A DNA stretch of 53,961 nucleotides from Myxococcota bacterium (lineage in GTDB: Bacteria; Myxococcota_A; UBA796; SXON01): positions 1-53,961 of the forward strand of contig JAZKFH010000026.1 in assembly GCA_040386535.1 (NCBI GenBank), read 5' to 3'. This document shows, in pieces, positions 44,706 through 53,961 of this stretch. The notes beneath the pieces were generated by a model. It searched no databases. It had not been told where the DNA came from and was given only the letters and a program-made list of their open reading frames with translations. Numbering within the stretch: the first letter of the stretch is position 1; each line of letters starts with the position of its first letter. Position numbers and translations under genes: made by a program.

Positions 44706-47369
44706 ATGCATATCTCCGCCTCCGCCATCACGCTGACGGTCGACGACGTCCCGGCGTCCAGCCAGTTCCTCATCACTCACCTCGGGTTCCGCGAGGAGAT
44801 GGCCGCGCCCGGCTTCGCGTCCCTCCAGCGGGACGACGTGGGGATGAACATCGTCTTCATGGCCCTCGGCAGCGAAGTGCTGCCGCCCGACCTCCGGCAG
44901 CAGCGCGCGTCGGGCGCGGTGGTCGCGTTCGTCGTGACCGACCTGGACGCCGAGGAGGCCCGGCTCCGGCGCGAGGGGGTCCACATCTCCCTGCCGCTCC
45001 AGACGCAACCCTGGGGCGAGCGCCTGTTCATGGTGACCGACCCGAACGGCGTCGTGTACGAGCTCGTCGAATGGGACACGCCCGCCGCCCCGGCTCCGCC
45101 TCCGTCGGCCGGGCACGGCTCCATCGAGGTGCGCGGCGCCCGCGAGAACAACCTCCGCGGGGTGTCGCTCGACATCCCCAAGCGCAAGCTGACGGTGTTC
45201 ACCGGGGTGTCCGGCTCGGGCAAGTCGTCGCTGGTGTTCGGCACGATCGCGGCGGAGTCCCAGCGCCTCATCAACGAGACGTTCACCACCTTCGTCCAAT
45301 CCATCCTGCCCCGGTACGGCCGCCCCGACGTCGACGAGTTGCGCAACCTCTCCGCCGCCATCCTCGTGGGGCAGGAGCGGATGGGCGGCAACTCGCGGTC
45401 GACCGTCGGGACCGCCACGGACGCGTACGCCCTGCTCCGCGTGCTCTACGCGAGGCTCGGGCAGCCCTACGTGGGCCAGGGCAGCGCGTTCTCGTTCAAC
45501 GATCCGTCGGGGATGTGCCCGGCGTGTGAGGGCCTCGGGCGGATGTCGACGGTCGACCTCGACCGGCTCCTCGACCGCGACAAGTCGTTGGACGACGGCG
45601 CGCTGCTGTTCCCCACGTTCTCGGTGGGGTCGTGGTACTGGCAGATCTTCACCAAGTCCCGGTTCTTCGACACCACGAAGAAGCTCCGCGACTACACCGA
45701 GGAGGAGTGGCACAAGCTCCTCCACCTCCCCGAGGCCAAGGTGAACGTGGGGACGCTCAACTCCACCTACGAAGGGTTGATCCCCAAGTTCAAGCGCCTG
45801 TACCTCTCCAAGGCTCCCGACGACATGGCGCCGCACATGCGCGCCGCCGTCGAGCACGTGGTCACGTTCGCCCGGTGCTCCACATGTGACGGCGCCCGCC
45901 TCACCCAAGCCGCATTGTCCTGTCGGATCGCGGGACACAACATCGCGGACTGCGCCGCCATGCAGGTGAGCGACCTCGCGGGGTTCGTCCGCACGCTGCA
46001 CGAGCCCACGTTGGCCCCTGTCCTCGCGACGCTCGGCGCGTGCCTCGACAACCTCGTCCACATCGGCCTCGGCTACCTCTCGCTCGATCGCGAGTGCGCC
46101 ACGCTCTCGGGCGGCGAGTCCCAACGCGTGAAGATGGTACGCCACCTCGGGTCCAGCCTCACCGACATCACCTACATCTTCGACGAGCCGAGCGTCGGCC
46201 TGCACCCGCACGACGTGGGGCGTGTCAACGAGATCCTGCTACGCCTGCGCGACAAGGGAAACACGGTGCTCGTGGTGGAGCACAAGCGCCAGGTCATCGC
46301 CATCGCCGACCACGTGGTGGACATGGGGCCGGGCGCGGGGAGCGAGGGCGGCGCCATCGTCTACGAGGGCGACGTCGCGGGGCTCCTCACCGCCGACACG
46401 CTCACGGGCCGCCACCTGGGGCGGGTCCAACCGCTCAAGACACAGGGGCGCACGCGCACCGGATCGTTGTCCGTCACCCACGCCCGCCTGCACAACCTCC
46501 AGGATGTCAGCGTCGACCTCCCCACCGGCGTGCTCACGGTGGTGACCGGGGTCGCCGGCTCGGGCAAGAGCGCGTTGCTGCGGGGCTGCCTGCCGCTCCA
46601 ACACCCAAACGTCGTGTTGGTCGACCAGCGCGTGACACGTGGCAACCGGCGCTCCAATCCGGCCACGTACAGCGGGATCCTCGATCCGATCCGCAAGGCG
46701 TTCGCCAAGGCCAACAACGTCGACGCGGCCTTGTTCAGCGCGAATTCCCGCGGCGCCTGCCCGGCCTGCAAGGGCCTGGGGCTGGTGTACACGGATCTGG
46801 CCTTCCTCGACACGATGGTGAGCGTGTGTGAAACGTGCCAGGGCCGCCGTTTCACCGACGAGGTGCTCACCCTGCACCTGCGCGGCCGGAGCATCCACGA
46901 CGTGCTCACGATGTCGGTGGCGGCGGCGCGCGCCTTCTTCCCCGAGAAGGCGATCCGCACCACCTTGGACGCGCTCGACGAGGTGGGGCTCGGCTACGTC
47001 TCCCTCGGCCAGCCGCTCGACACACTCTCCGGCGGCGAGCGGCAGCGCATCGAGCTCGGCATCGAGCTGGCGCGGGCCGCCAAGGGCACCCAGATCTACG
47101 TGCTCGACGAGCCCACGACCGGCCTGCACATGCACGACGTCGCAACGCTCATCCGATTGCTCGACCGCCTCGTGGACAGCGGGCGGACAGTCATCGTGAT
47201 CGAGCACAACCTCGACGTCATCGCGCGCGCCGACTGGGTCATCGACCTGGGCCCCGGCGCCGGGCGCGAGGGCGGTCAGGTCATCTTCGAGGGCCCGCCG
47301 AGCGCGCTCGTGGAGCAGGACACGCCGACGGGCAGGCACCTGCGGGCGCGGTTGCTGGCCGCCACGTAA
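44706..47369 (+). CDS. VOC (glyoxalase/bleomycin-resistance) domain fused to class II UvrA-like ABC ATPase (DrrC-like)
   Basis: VOC PWGERLF...[27 protein letters not shown] (twice), Zn-binding CxxC pairs; shorter than canonical UvrA. Confidence 0.9.
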   Translation: MHISASAITLTVDDVPASSQFLITHLGFREEMAAPGFASLQRDDVGMNIVFMALGSEVLPPDLRQQRASGAVVAFVVTDLDAEEARLRREGVHISLPLQTQPWGERLFMVTDPNGVVYELVEWDTPAAPAPPPSAGHGSIEVRGARENNLRGVSLDIPKRKLTVFTGVSGSGKSSLVFGTIAAESQRLINETFTTFVQSILPRYGRPDVDELRNLSAAILVGQERMGGNSRSTVGTATDAYALLRVLYARLGQPYVGQGSAFSFNDPSGMCPACEGLGRMSTVDLDRLLDRDKSLDDGALLFPTFSVGSWYWQIFTKSRFFDTTKKLRDYTEEEWHKLLHLPEAKVNVGTLNSTYEGLIPKFKRLYLSKAPDDMAPHMRAAVEHVVTFARCSTCDGARLTQAALSCRIAGHNIADCAAMQVSDLAGFVRTLHEPTLAPVLATLGACLDNLVHIGLGYLSLDRECATLSGGESQRVKMVRHLGSSLTDITYIFDEPSVGLHPHDVGRVNEILLRLRDKGNTVLVVEHKRQVIAIADHVVDMGPGAGSEGGAIVYEGDVAGLLTADTLTGRHLGRVQPLKTQGRTRTGSLSVTHARLHNLQDVSVDLPTGVLTVVTGVAGSGKSALLRGCLPLQHPNVVLVDQRVTRGNRRSNPATYSGILDPIRKAFAKANNVDAALFSANSRGACPACKGLGLVYTDLAFLDTMVSVCETCQGRRFTDEVLTLHLRGRSIHDVLTMSVAAARAFFPEKAIRTTLDALDEVGLGYVSLGQPLDTLSGGERQRIELGIELARAAKGTQIYVLDEPTTGLHMHDVATLIRLLDRLVDSGRTVIVIEHNLDVIARADWVIDLGPGAGREGGQVIFEGPPSALVEQDTPTGRHLRARLLAAT

Positions 47370-47444
47370 CGGAGGAGACGCGGCCGCCCCGCGGAGGGGC
47401 CCGCGAATCGCTCAAGTCCGGCGCCTCCCGTCCGACAAGTCCGC

Positions 47445-48056
47445 ATGTCCGTCGGCCGGATCCCCTCGCTCTCCTTCCTCCGCGCCACGATCGGCCGGAT
47501 GGGGCTGGTCGTCTGGGCGCTCGCCGCCACCGTCGCGTGCGCAAGCCTGCTCGCCTCGCACCTCCTGACGCTCCCGACCCCAGGCGTGGACGATCCGGTG
47601 CTCGCCCGCGCCGTCGCGGAAGCGCGGGTCGAGGGGTCCACCTGGACGGTGCTGCACGCGCTCTCGTCGGAGTGCGAGTGCTCGCGGCGCATCCTCGCGC
47701 ACCTCGTGTCGACGCCCCGCCCGGCGGACGTCGTGGAGACCGTGCTGCTCGTCGGGGCCCCCGGTGACCTCCCGGCGCGGCTCGGCGCACGCGGCTTCCG
47801 GTTCGAGAACGTGAGCGCCGAGTCCCTCGCGACCCGGTACGCGATCCCGGCGGTCCCGCTCCTCGTGATCGCGGGTCCCGACGGCGTGGTGCGCTACAGC
47901 GGCGGCTACACCGAGCGGAAACAGGGCCCCGTGATCGCGGACCTCGCCCTCCTCGGCCGGCTCCGGGCCGACGCCAGCGTGGATGCGCTCCCCCTCTTCG
48001 GCTGCCCGATCAACACCCAACTCAGCGCCTCGCTCGACCCGGTCGGGCTGCGCTGA
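47445..48056 (+). CDS. Thioredoxin-like, RedB-like membrane-anchored protein
   Basis: TM; H...ECECSR; RYSGG; PLFGCP. Confidence 0.6.
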   Translation: MSVGRIPSLSFLRATIGRMGLVVWALAATVACASLLASHLLTLPTPGVDDPVLARAVAEARVEGSTWTVLHALSSECECSRRILAHLVSTPRPADVVETVLLVGAPGDLPARLGARGFRFENVSAESLATRYAIPAVPLLVIAGPDGVVRYSGGYTERKQGPVIADLALLGRLRADASVDALPLFGCPINTQLSASLDPVGLR

Positions 48057-50068
48057 TGTCACCCGCTCTCCCGGGACGCTCCATGCTCGCCAACCTGCTC
48101 GCCTACCTCGTGTTGCCGGGCGAGGTCACCTCGTTCGAACGCGACTACCTCGCGCGGATGAACCGCGTGGCGCTCCTGTTCTTCGCCGCGCACGTGCCTG
48201 TGTTCACGCTCGTCGCGTGGGTCAACGGCACATCGTCCGCCCGTGCGTTCGCCCTGACGCTCGCGATGATCGCCGGCCCGATGATCGCGACGCGGACGCT
48301 GCCCAACCCCCGCCACGTCTCGATGACGTTCGGGTTCACGGCGATGGGTCTCGGCGGCCTGCTCGTGCACTTCGGCCAGGGGCCGATGCAGATCGAGATG
48401 CACTTCTACTTCTTCGTGCTCATCGCGCTTCTCGCGGTGTTCGCGAACCCGGCGGTCATCCTGACCGCGGCCTGCACGGTCACGCTGCACCACCTCGTGT
48501 TGTGGCTGCTCGTGCCCGCCAGCGTCTTCAACTACGACGCCTCGTTCTGGACCGTGATGGTGCACGCGCTCTTCGTCGTGCTCGAGTCCGTCGCCGCCTG
48601 CTTCGTCGCGCGGAGCTTCTTCGACAACGTCATCGGGTTGGAGCGCGCCGTGCAGGCCCGCACGGCCGAGGTCGACACGCGCAACCGCGAGCTGCGCCGG
48701 ATCCTGGACACCGTCGGCCAGGGCCTGGTCACGATCGACCTCGAGGGGGCCATGTCGGTCGAGCGCTCCGCGGTGCTCGCGCGCTGGCTCGGCGACGCCG
48801 TGCCCGGGGAGCGGTTCGTGGACTACCTCTCGCGCACCGACGGCAACGTGGGCGCCGCGTTCGGCGTCGGTTGGGAAGCGGTGCTCGACGACGTGCTCCC
48901 GCTCGAGCTCTGCCTGGCCCAGATGCCCCGCCACCTGGACGCGGCCGGCCTGCAGCTCCAGATCGCGTACACCCCCATCTTCGCGCCCACCGGGGAGGGC
49001 GCCGCCCTCGCCCGCGTGCTCATCGTGCTCACCGACGTCACCGCGGAGCGGGAGCGCGAGCGCGCGGAGGCTGACCAACGCGACCTGATCCAGGCGATGG
49101 ACCACATCCAGCGCGACCGGGCCTCGTTCCTCGAGTTCCTCACCGAGGGCGAGGTGATGCTGCGTGGGCTGCGCGCCGAAGTCGCCGACCTCTCGGTCGT
49201 GCGTCGCCTCCTCCACACCCTCAAGGGCAACGCGTCCCTGTTCGGCCTGAGCCGCGTCGCGGCGGCCTGCCACGCGCTCGAAGGCCAGATGGCGGAGACA
49301 CGCGAGGCGCCGGCCCCGCGCGACCTGGAGGCGCTGGGCGCGCTCTGGGCGGGGGTCCGCGCGCGGCTCGCCGCCGTGCTCGGCGAGGACATGCGCCGTC
49401 GGATCGAGATCGACGACCAGGAATATGCGGCGGTCCTCCACGGGATCCTCGAGGGTGCCCCGCCGGTCGAGCTCGCGGAGCTCGTCCGCGGCTGGAAGTG
49501 CGAGCGGCTGGGCCGCCGCCTCGCGCGGATCAGCGAGCAGGGCCGGGCTGTCGCCGAGCGCCTCGGCAAGGGCTCCCTCGACATCGAGATCCACGATGCC
49601 GGCCTCCGGCTGGACCCGGACGGGTGGGTGCCCTTCTGGTCGGCCCTGGTCCACACGGTCCGCAACGCCGTCGACCACGGCATCGAGAGCAAGGAGGAGC
49701 GCGTGGCTGCCGGAAAACCCGCGCAGGGCCGGCTCGTGCTCACGAGCGCGGTAGACGCCTACGCCCTGGTGGTGTCCATCACCGACGACGGCCGCGGCAT
49801 CGACTGGAACGCGGTGGAGCGGCGCGCCCGCGCGCTGGGCGTCCCTGTCAGGACCGACGACGAGCGGCACCGCGCCCTCCTCCTCGACGGGCTCACCACG
49901 CGTGACGAGGTCGGCACCTTCAGCGGGCGTGGCGTGGGATTGGGCGCCGTCGCGGCGGCCTGCCACGAGCGGGGCGGCGAGATGGCGATCCGCAGCGAAC
50001 GCGGGGCGGGCACCACCGTGTCGTTCCGCTTCCCGGGTGTGTTCCGCGCGCGCCTCCTCGCGGCCTGA
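48056..50068 (+). CDS. Membrane sensor kinase with His-rich TM domain, PAS-like, Hpt and CheA-type HATPase
   Basis: IEMHFYFF..HH; LLHTLKGNA; H.VRNAVDHGIE, DDGRG, SGRGVGL, GTT. Confidence 0.9.
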   Translation: MSPALPGRSMLANLLAYLVLPGEVTSFERDYLARMNRVALLFFAAHVPVFTLVAWVNGTSSARAFALTLAMIAGPMIATRTLPNPRHVSMTFGFTAMGLGGLLVHFGQGPMQIEMHFYFFVLIALLAVFANPAVILTAACTVTLHHLVLWLLVPASVFNYDASFWTVMVHALFVVLESVAACFVARSFFDNVIGLERAVQARTAEVDTRNRELRRILDTVGQGLVTIDLEGAMSVERSAVLARWLGDAVPGERFVDYLSRTDGNVGAAFGVGWEAVLDDVLPLELCLAQMPRHLDAAGLQLQIAYTPIFAPTGEGAALARVLIVLTDVTAERERERAEADQRDLIQAMDHIQRDRASFLEFLTEGEVMLRGLRAEVADLSVVRRLLHTLKGNASLFGLSRVAAACHALEGQMAETREAPAPRDLEALGALWAGVRARLAAVLGEDMRRRIEIDDQEYAAVLHGILEGAPPVELAELVRGWKCERLGRRLARISEQGRAVAERLGKGSLDIEIHDAGLRLDPDGWVPFWSALVHTVRNAVDHGIESKEERVAAGKPAQGRLVLTSAVDAYALVVSITDDGRGIDWNAVERRARALGVPVRTDDERHRALLLDGLTTRDEVGTFSGRGVGLGAVAAACHERGGEMAIRSERGAGTTVSFRFPGVFRARLLAA

Positions 50069-50074
50069 TCGCGC

Positions 50075-50785
50075 CTACCCCTTCGCGGGAACCTCACACC
50101 CCTCCGGCCCACACTCCTCGCCGCTCCCCACCATGACGAGCGGGGTCGGATTCTCGCGCCACGCCTTGTCGAGCGCGCTGCGGAAGGCCTCGAGCGGCTG
50201 GGCGCCCGCGATGCCGATGCGCCGATCGATGACGACGAAGGGCACGCCGGTCGCGCCGAGCTCGCGGGCCTCGCGGCCGTCCGCCTCGACCTTCGCGGTG
50301 TACCGCCCCGAGGTCAGCGCCTCGCGGATCTCGCCGGCGTCGAGCCCGATGTCGACGCCGAGCGCCACGAGCGCGTCGAGGTCGAAGATCGAGCGGGTCT
50401 CGCCAAAGTAGGCCTTGTACAGGCGCTTCCAGGCCGCGTCCTCCAGCCCGCGCTCGGCGGCGAACGCGAGGAGCTCGTGCGCGAGGCGGGTGTTGCCCGC
50501 GTGGTTCTCGCCCACCTTGTACGGGGTCAGGCCGTCCGCGGCGGCCATCGCCTCGATGCGCTCGGTCTGGCCGCGCAGCTGGGCGTCGGTCATCCCGTAC
50601 TTCTTGCGCAACATGTCCCGCACGGACACGGTGCTCCCCACGGGAAACGACGGATCGAGCTGGAACGACCGGTGGACGACCTCGACGTCGTCGCGGTGAG
50701 CGAAGTCGGCCAGCGCCGTGTCGAGGCGATGTTGGCCGATGCCGCAGAAGGGGCAGATCACGTCGGACCAGATCTCGATCTTCAT
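50075..50785 (-). CDS. DsbA-family oxidoreductase (FrnE-like)
   Basis: IEIWSDVICPFC, SFQLDP, GVPF, GAQP, C-terminal CGPEGC. Confidence 0.93.
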   Translation of the reverse strand: MKIEIWSDVICPFCGIGQHRLDTALADFAHRDDVEVVHRSFQLDPSFPVGSTVSVRDMLRKKYGMTDAQLRGQTERIEAMAAADGLTPYKVGENHAGNTRLAHELLAFAAERGLEDAAWKRLYKAYFGETRSIFDLDALVALGVDIGLDAGEIREALTSGRYTAKVEADGREARELGATGVPFVVIDRRIGIAGAQPLEAFRSALDKAWRENPTPLVMVGSGEECGPEGCEVPAKG

Positions 50786-50849
50786 GGATGTCTCCGTATT
50801 CGGGTTCGGGAGCCGCTGATGGCCGGCGCGGCGGTTACCTAACAGATGA

Positions 50850-50868
50850 TGGTTCTCTTTCGGAACCA
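50850..50868. promoter_or_regulatory. Possible HxlR operator
   Basis: tggttc-N7-gaacca inverted repeat in the divergent spacer. Confidence 0.35.
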
Positions 50869-50907
50869 CTTAAGCGCGCCGTCGTGGTCCGCCAAGGAGG
50901 CACATCC

Positions 50908-51306
50908 ATGTCACCAGGTCACCTCGCCGAGCCCCCCTGCCTCGCCGCGCGCGAGGTGCTCGACCGCGTGGGCGACAAGTGGAGCCTGCTGGCGATGGCG
51001 CTGCTCGGGGAGCGCTCGATGCGGTTCAGCGAGCTCAGGCGCGCGATCGACGGCATCTCCCAGCGCATGCTCACGCTGACACTGCGCAGCCTCGAGCGGG
51101 ACGGCCTCGTGCACCGCTCGGTCCAGCCCACGCGCCCGCCCCGGGTGGACTACGCGCTCACCGAGCTCGGCCGCACGCTGCTCGAGCCGGTGTACGGCCT
51201 CGTCCGGTGGGCGGAGGCCAACCGGCCTGCCATCCAGGCGGCGCGCTCCCAATTCGACGCTGCGGCGGAGAGCGCGGCTGAGGCGACACCGGCGGACGTG
51301 CACTGA
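50908..51306 (+). CDS. HxlR-family winged-helix regulator
   Basis: C..REVLDRVGDKWS, RFSEL, ISQRMLT.TLR.LERDGLV, PPRVDYALT.LG. Confidence 0.95.
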   Translation: MSPGHLAEPPCLAAREVLDRVGDKWSLLAMALLGERSMRFSELRRAIDGISQRMLTLTLRSLERDGLVHRSVQPTRPPRVDYALTELGRTLLEPVYGLVRWAEANRPAIQAARSQFDAAAESAAEATPADVH

Positions 51307-51325
51307 CAGATTTGGATCCGCCTGT

Positions 51326-51460
51326 CACTGGGCGCCCCCCGCCCGCCGGGCCGGGCGGGTCGGGCCCCTCCGGGCGCGCCCTCACGGGCTTGGTCGGCCG
51401 GTCGCGGACGCCCGGCCGGACCGGCCGGCGGACCGGCCGCCCTCCGGACCCCTGGCGCGG
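51326..51460 (-). repeat. Dispersed four-hairpin element, copy G
   Basis: Minus strand: cgcgccaggggtccggagggc-[ggccgg tccg ccggcc]-ggtc C ggccgg..ccggcc gacc-aa-[gccc gtga gggc]-gcgcccggaggggcccga-[cccgccc..gggcggg]-gggcgcccagtg. Confidence 0.85.
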
Positions 51461-51839
51461 CGGCCGGTGGCGGGGACGCCCCGGTGAGCGCGGGGCGCGT
51501 CTCGTACACGGCGCGTCTCGTGCACGCCGCGGAAAGCCACCGCGCCCGGTCGTCGAGCGGGAGCGCCGGCGTCAAGTCCACCCGAGTGGGAACCCGCAGA
51601 ACCCAAGCCGCACCGAGCAGGACGTTCGGGATCACGGCGCGCGCACGCGGTGAAGGGGCTCACGGTCGAACGCCGCGTTTGAAACACTCCGCCGCCCCGC
51701 GTGGCGGGTCCCGGCACCCCAACGAACGTATTTTTCCTGTTCGGTGCCGCTCGCCTCTCGCTGCTTCCTGCTCAGCCTGGCTTGGGTGGCGCCTCCGCTC
51801 GTGTCGAGGGTCGCGCCCAGCGGCGCGTTGCGCGCCTTC

Positions 51840-52703
51840 TCACCTGCCCTCCGTCGGCACGGCGACGACGCGGTCACACGCGATCTCCACCAACTGCGCC
51901 TCCGCCGGCACCCGCGCCGCGGCCTCGGCGTAGCCGCTCGGGTGGAGCACCCAGATGCGTTCGCCCGCGCGTAGGCGGACCACGCGCGCCTCCCCGCGCG
52001 CGAGCCTCCACACGCGGCGGCCGGGCCGCTCGCCGATGGCGACCACGCGCGTGTAGGCGCAGCTCCCCGTCAACGTCGTGGGGCGGCGCGGGCCCGCGGG
52101 CTTCCCCCCGCCCGCGGCGGCCACACGCGCGATGCGTTGGGCCACGTAGCCGGCCCGCACCCTGGGGGGCGCCCATGCGAGGGCCGCGTCCACGTCGTGA
52201 TCGTAGGGGCGCACACACGCGTCGAGCGCGTCGTATCGCTGCTCGGCGGCAGCGGCCGACCACACGGAGTGGCACGCCCTCTGCGCGAGCGCGTCGTCCT
52301 CCAGTCGGTGCGCCCCGCGGACGAGCCACGGGAGCACCTCGGGGAGCGGCGCAAGCGCCAGCGAGGCGCGAAAGAGCGCGACGGAGCGCCCCTCGTCGCG
52401 CCGCGAGAGCCGCGTGACGCGCCCCGCCTCGATGAGCGCCCGCGCGCCCGCCACCGGCTCGCCCCGCGTGGCCTCGGCGAGCACGGCCGAGAGCGCGGCG
52501 TCGATGTCCGCGGCGGTGCAGGCATGCCGCTCGGCCGACATCAGCCACACGAGCGAGCTCGGCACCGTGGGGGTGGCGGCGTAGTCGGCGGCCGCGCGCT
52601 CCAGCGCCACGCGCTCCTCCCGCGCGTACTCCGCCGCGAGCTCCACGAGACCGGGCACGGCCTCAAATCCGGGTTCGAGGTATCCGCAGTGGAGGTCGAT
52701 CAT
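51840..52703 (-). CDS. Hypothetical protein
   Basis: 287-aa ORF with protein-like helical composition. Confidence 0.55.
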   Translation of the reverse strand: MIDLHCGYLEPGFEAVPGLVELAAEYAREERVALERAAADYAATPTVPSSLVWLMSAERHACTAADIDAALSAVLAEATRGEPVAGARALIEAGRVTRLSRRDEGRSVALFRASLALAPLPEVLPWLVRGAHRLEDDALAQRACHSVWSAAAAEQRYDALDACVRPYDHDVDAALAWAPPRVRAGYVAQRIARVAAAGGGKPAGPRRPTTLTGSCAYTRVVAIGERPGRRVWRLARGEARVVRLRAGERIWVLHPSGYAEAAARVPAEAQLVEIACDRVVAVPTEGR

Positions 52704-52733
52704 CGGCGGGTGCTCGCGAGCACGACGCGCGTA

Positions 52734-52898
52734 CTACGAGGGGCGGGGGCGGCTGAAGAAGAGCCCCGAGGCGTCCACCAGCACCATGGCGACCGCGATC
52801 AGGATTCCCCAGGGATAGAACCCGATTGTGCGGGACACCTCGTACACGAAGCCGGCGAGCAGGACGAGGGCGAGCCCGCCGAGCATGTAGCGCACCAT
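52734..52898 (-). CDS. Small two-TM membrane protein
   Basis: GGAGG RBS, 54 aa, two hydrophobic segments. Confidence 0.65.
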   Translation of the reverse strand: MVRYMLGGLALVLLAGFVYEVSRTIGFYPWGILIAVAMVLVDASGLFFSRPRPS

Positions 52899-52979
52899 TC
52901 TGGACCTCCCGTTCGGGTATAGCGTGGCGCCGGTCTCGCGGTGCGCGGCGGCGTCGGCCGCGGGGTTATTGCGCCGCCC

Positions 52980-53546
52980 ATGCCGCCCCACCGCTCCTCC
53001 GGCTTGAACGCCGCGCTCCACACCCCGCGCCTCGTATTGGAGCCGCTGCTCGGATCGCACGCCGCGGCGCTGTTCCCAATCCTGTGGGACCCCGGCACCC
53101 AACGTTGGATCGCGGAGCCCCGCGCCACCTCCGTCGCGGACCTCACCGCGCGGTGGACCCGCAACGAGACGCGCACCTCACCCGACGGGGCGACCGCGTG
53201 GCTGGGGTGGGCGGTCCGCCGCGTCGAGGACGGCGTGTACATCGGCAAGATCGACGCCGAGGTCGATGCCCAGCTCGCGCCCCACCTCGCCCCCAACGTC
53301 GGGTACGTGTTCTCCCCTGCGTACTGGGGCCGGGGCTACGCCACCGAGGCCGTGTCCGCCACCGTCGCCCACCTGATCACGCACGGCGTCACCGAGCTGC
53401 ACGCCACCGTGACGGTGGGCAACGACGCGTCGTGTCGCGTCCTCGAACGGTGTGGCTTCGAGCGGGCGCGTGTGCTCGCGGCGAACGATGTCATCCGCGG
53501 CGTGGCGCACGATGATTGGTTGTATGTGCGGCGGGTTGGGGGGTGA
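52980..53546 (+). CDS. GNAT acetyltransferase (RimJ/RimL-like)
   Basis: LHTPRLVLEP, VGY...YWGRGYATEA, N.AS.RVLERCGF. Confidence 0.92.
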   Translation: MPPHRSSGLNAALHTPRLVLEPLLGSHAAALFPILWDPGTQRWIAEPRATSVADLTARWTRNETRTSPDGATAWLGWAVRRVEDGVYIGKIDAEVDAQLAPHLAPNVGYVFSPAYWGRGYATEAVSATVAHLITHGVTELHATVTVGNDASCRVLERCGFERARVLAANDVIRGVAHDDWLYVRRVGG

Positions 53547-53678
53547 GTGCGCGCGGTGGCTCGGCCGCTCGCTCAGCGGCTCCGAGCTCCCGTTCACGCT
53601 CCGGTGCGGGCTCGTGGCCTCAACGGGCGCGCCCTCGGTAATGGCCGCTGTACACCAACCAGCGGCGGCCGCCGCGAA

Positions 53679-53961
53679 ACCGGCCAAGAGTGCCCCCCCC
53701 TGCCGCCAAGGCCCCCTACTCTTGGCCGGTCTGGGCCCGGGCGCGAGGCCCGCGCCCCGGTGCGTAACGGATAAACGCCGACAATCTCGACACCCACCTC
53801 GGCGGAACGCCGAGGAACCCCGCAAGACCGGCCAAGAGTGCCACCCCCTGCCGCCAAGGCCCCCTACTCTTGGCCGGTCTGGGGCCGGGCGCGAGGCGCG
53901 CGCCCTGGTGCGTAACGGATAAACGCCGACAATCTCGACACCCACCTCGGCGGAACGCCGA
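53679..53961. repeat. Tandem repeat with 148-bp period containing a 13-bp inverted repeat; runs off the window
   Basis: accggccaagagt..actcttggccggt units start at 53679 and 53827. Confidence 0.93.

Noticed and set aside
44706..47369. Canonical nucleotide excision repair uvrA
   Set aside because: Shorter class II type with a VOC fusion and TetR context, so no gene symbol was assigned.
857..51460. Four-hairpin elements as integron attC sites
   Set aside because: No RYYYAAC/GTTRRRY boxes, multi-hairpin rather than a single stem, mixed orientation, and no integrase in the window.
857..51460. Four-hairpin elements as tRNAs, riboswitches or intrinsic terminators
   Set aside because: No T-loop, anticodon arm or CCA; no fixed position relative to genes; no U-tracts.
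51489..51635. Short minus-strand ORF and 16-bp direct repeat (ggcgcgtctcgt-a/g-cac twice)
   Set aside because: The ORF runs into the repeat element and has no recognisable motif; the repeat is too short to interpret.

Overview
Very GC-rich bacterial window (visually >70% GC). Gene content (Ser/Thr kinases, a Myxococcus-type pilin motif, a RedB-like protein, secreted proteins ending in -GRW) suggests a Myxococcota-like organism; this is inference. It starts inside an IS1182/IS5-like DDE transposase and holds about 50 mostly accessory genes. These include a YjjJ-type HipA toxin, a Phd/VapC pair, macro and ADP-ribosylglycohydrolase genes, gloA, PhoD, CbiZ, GT9, an HDAC, a TetR plus VOC-UvrA2 fusion, a RedB-like plus CheA-like kinase pair, FrnE/HxlR and a GNAT. 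No rRNA, tRNA or CRISPR array was seen. Two signals stand out. (1) A dispersed intergenic element of ~120-145 nt is present in 7 full copies and 1 partial copy. Its primary sequence is highly diverged, but four hairpins, their linkers and one extrahelical C are conserved with compensatory changes; one copy appears to lie inside the IS. (2) A five-gene minus-strand cluster encodes a pseudokinase with tandem ubiquitin-like domains, a degenerate-FHA/TM/lytic transglycosylase, a membrane protein, an intact Ser/Thr kinase and a TolA-like repeat protein. There are also three unrelated tandem arrays that all have a 51-bp period. All functional calls come from motif recognition by eye, not from database searches.
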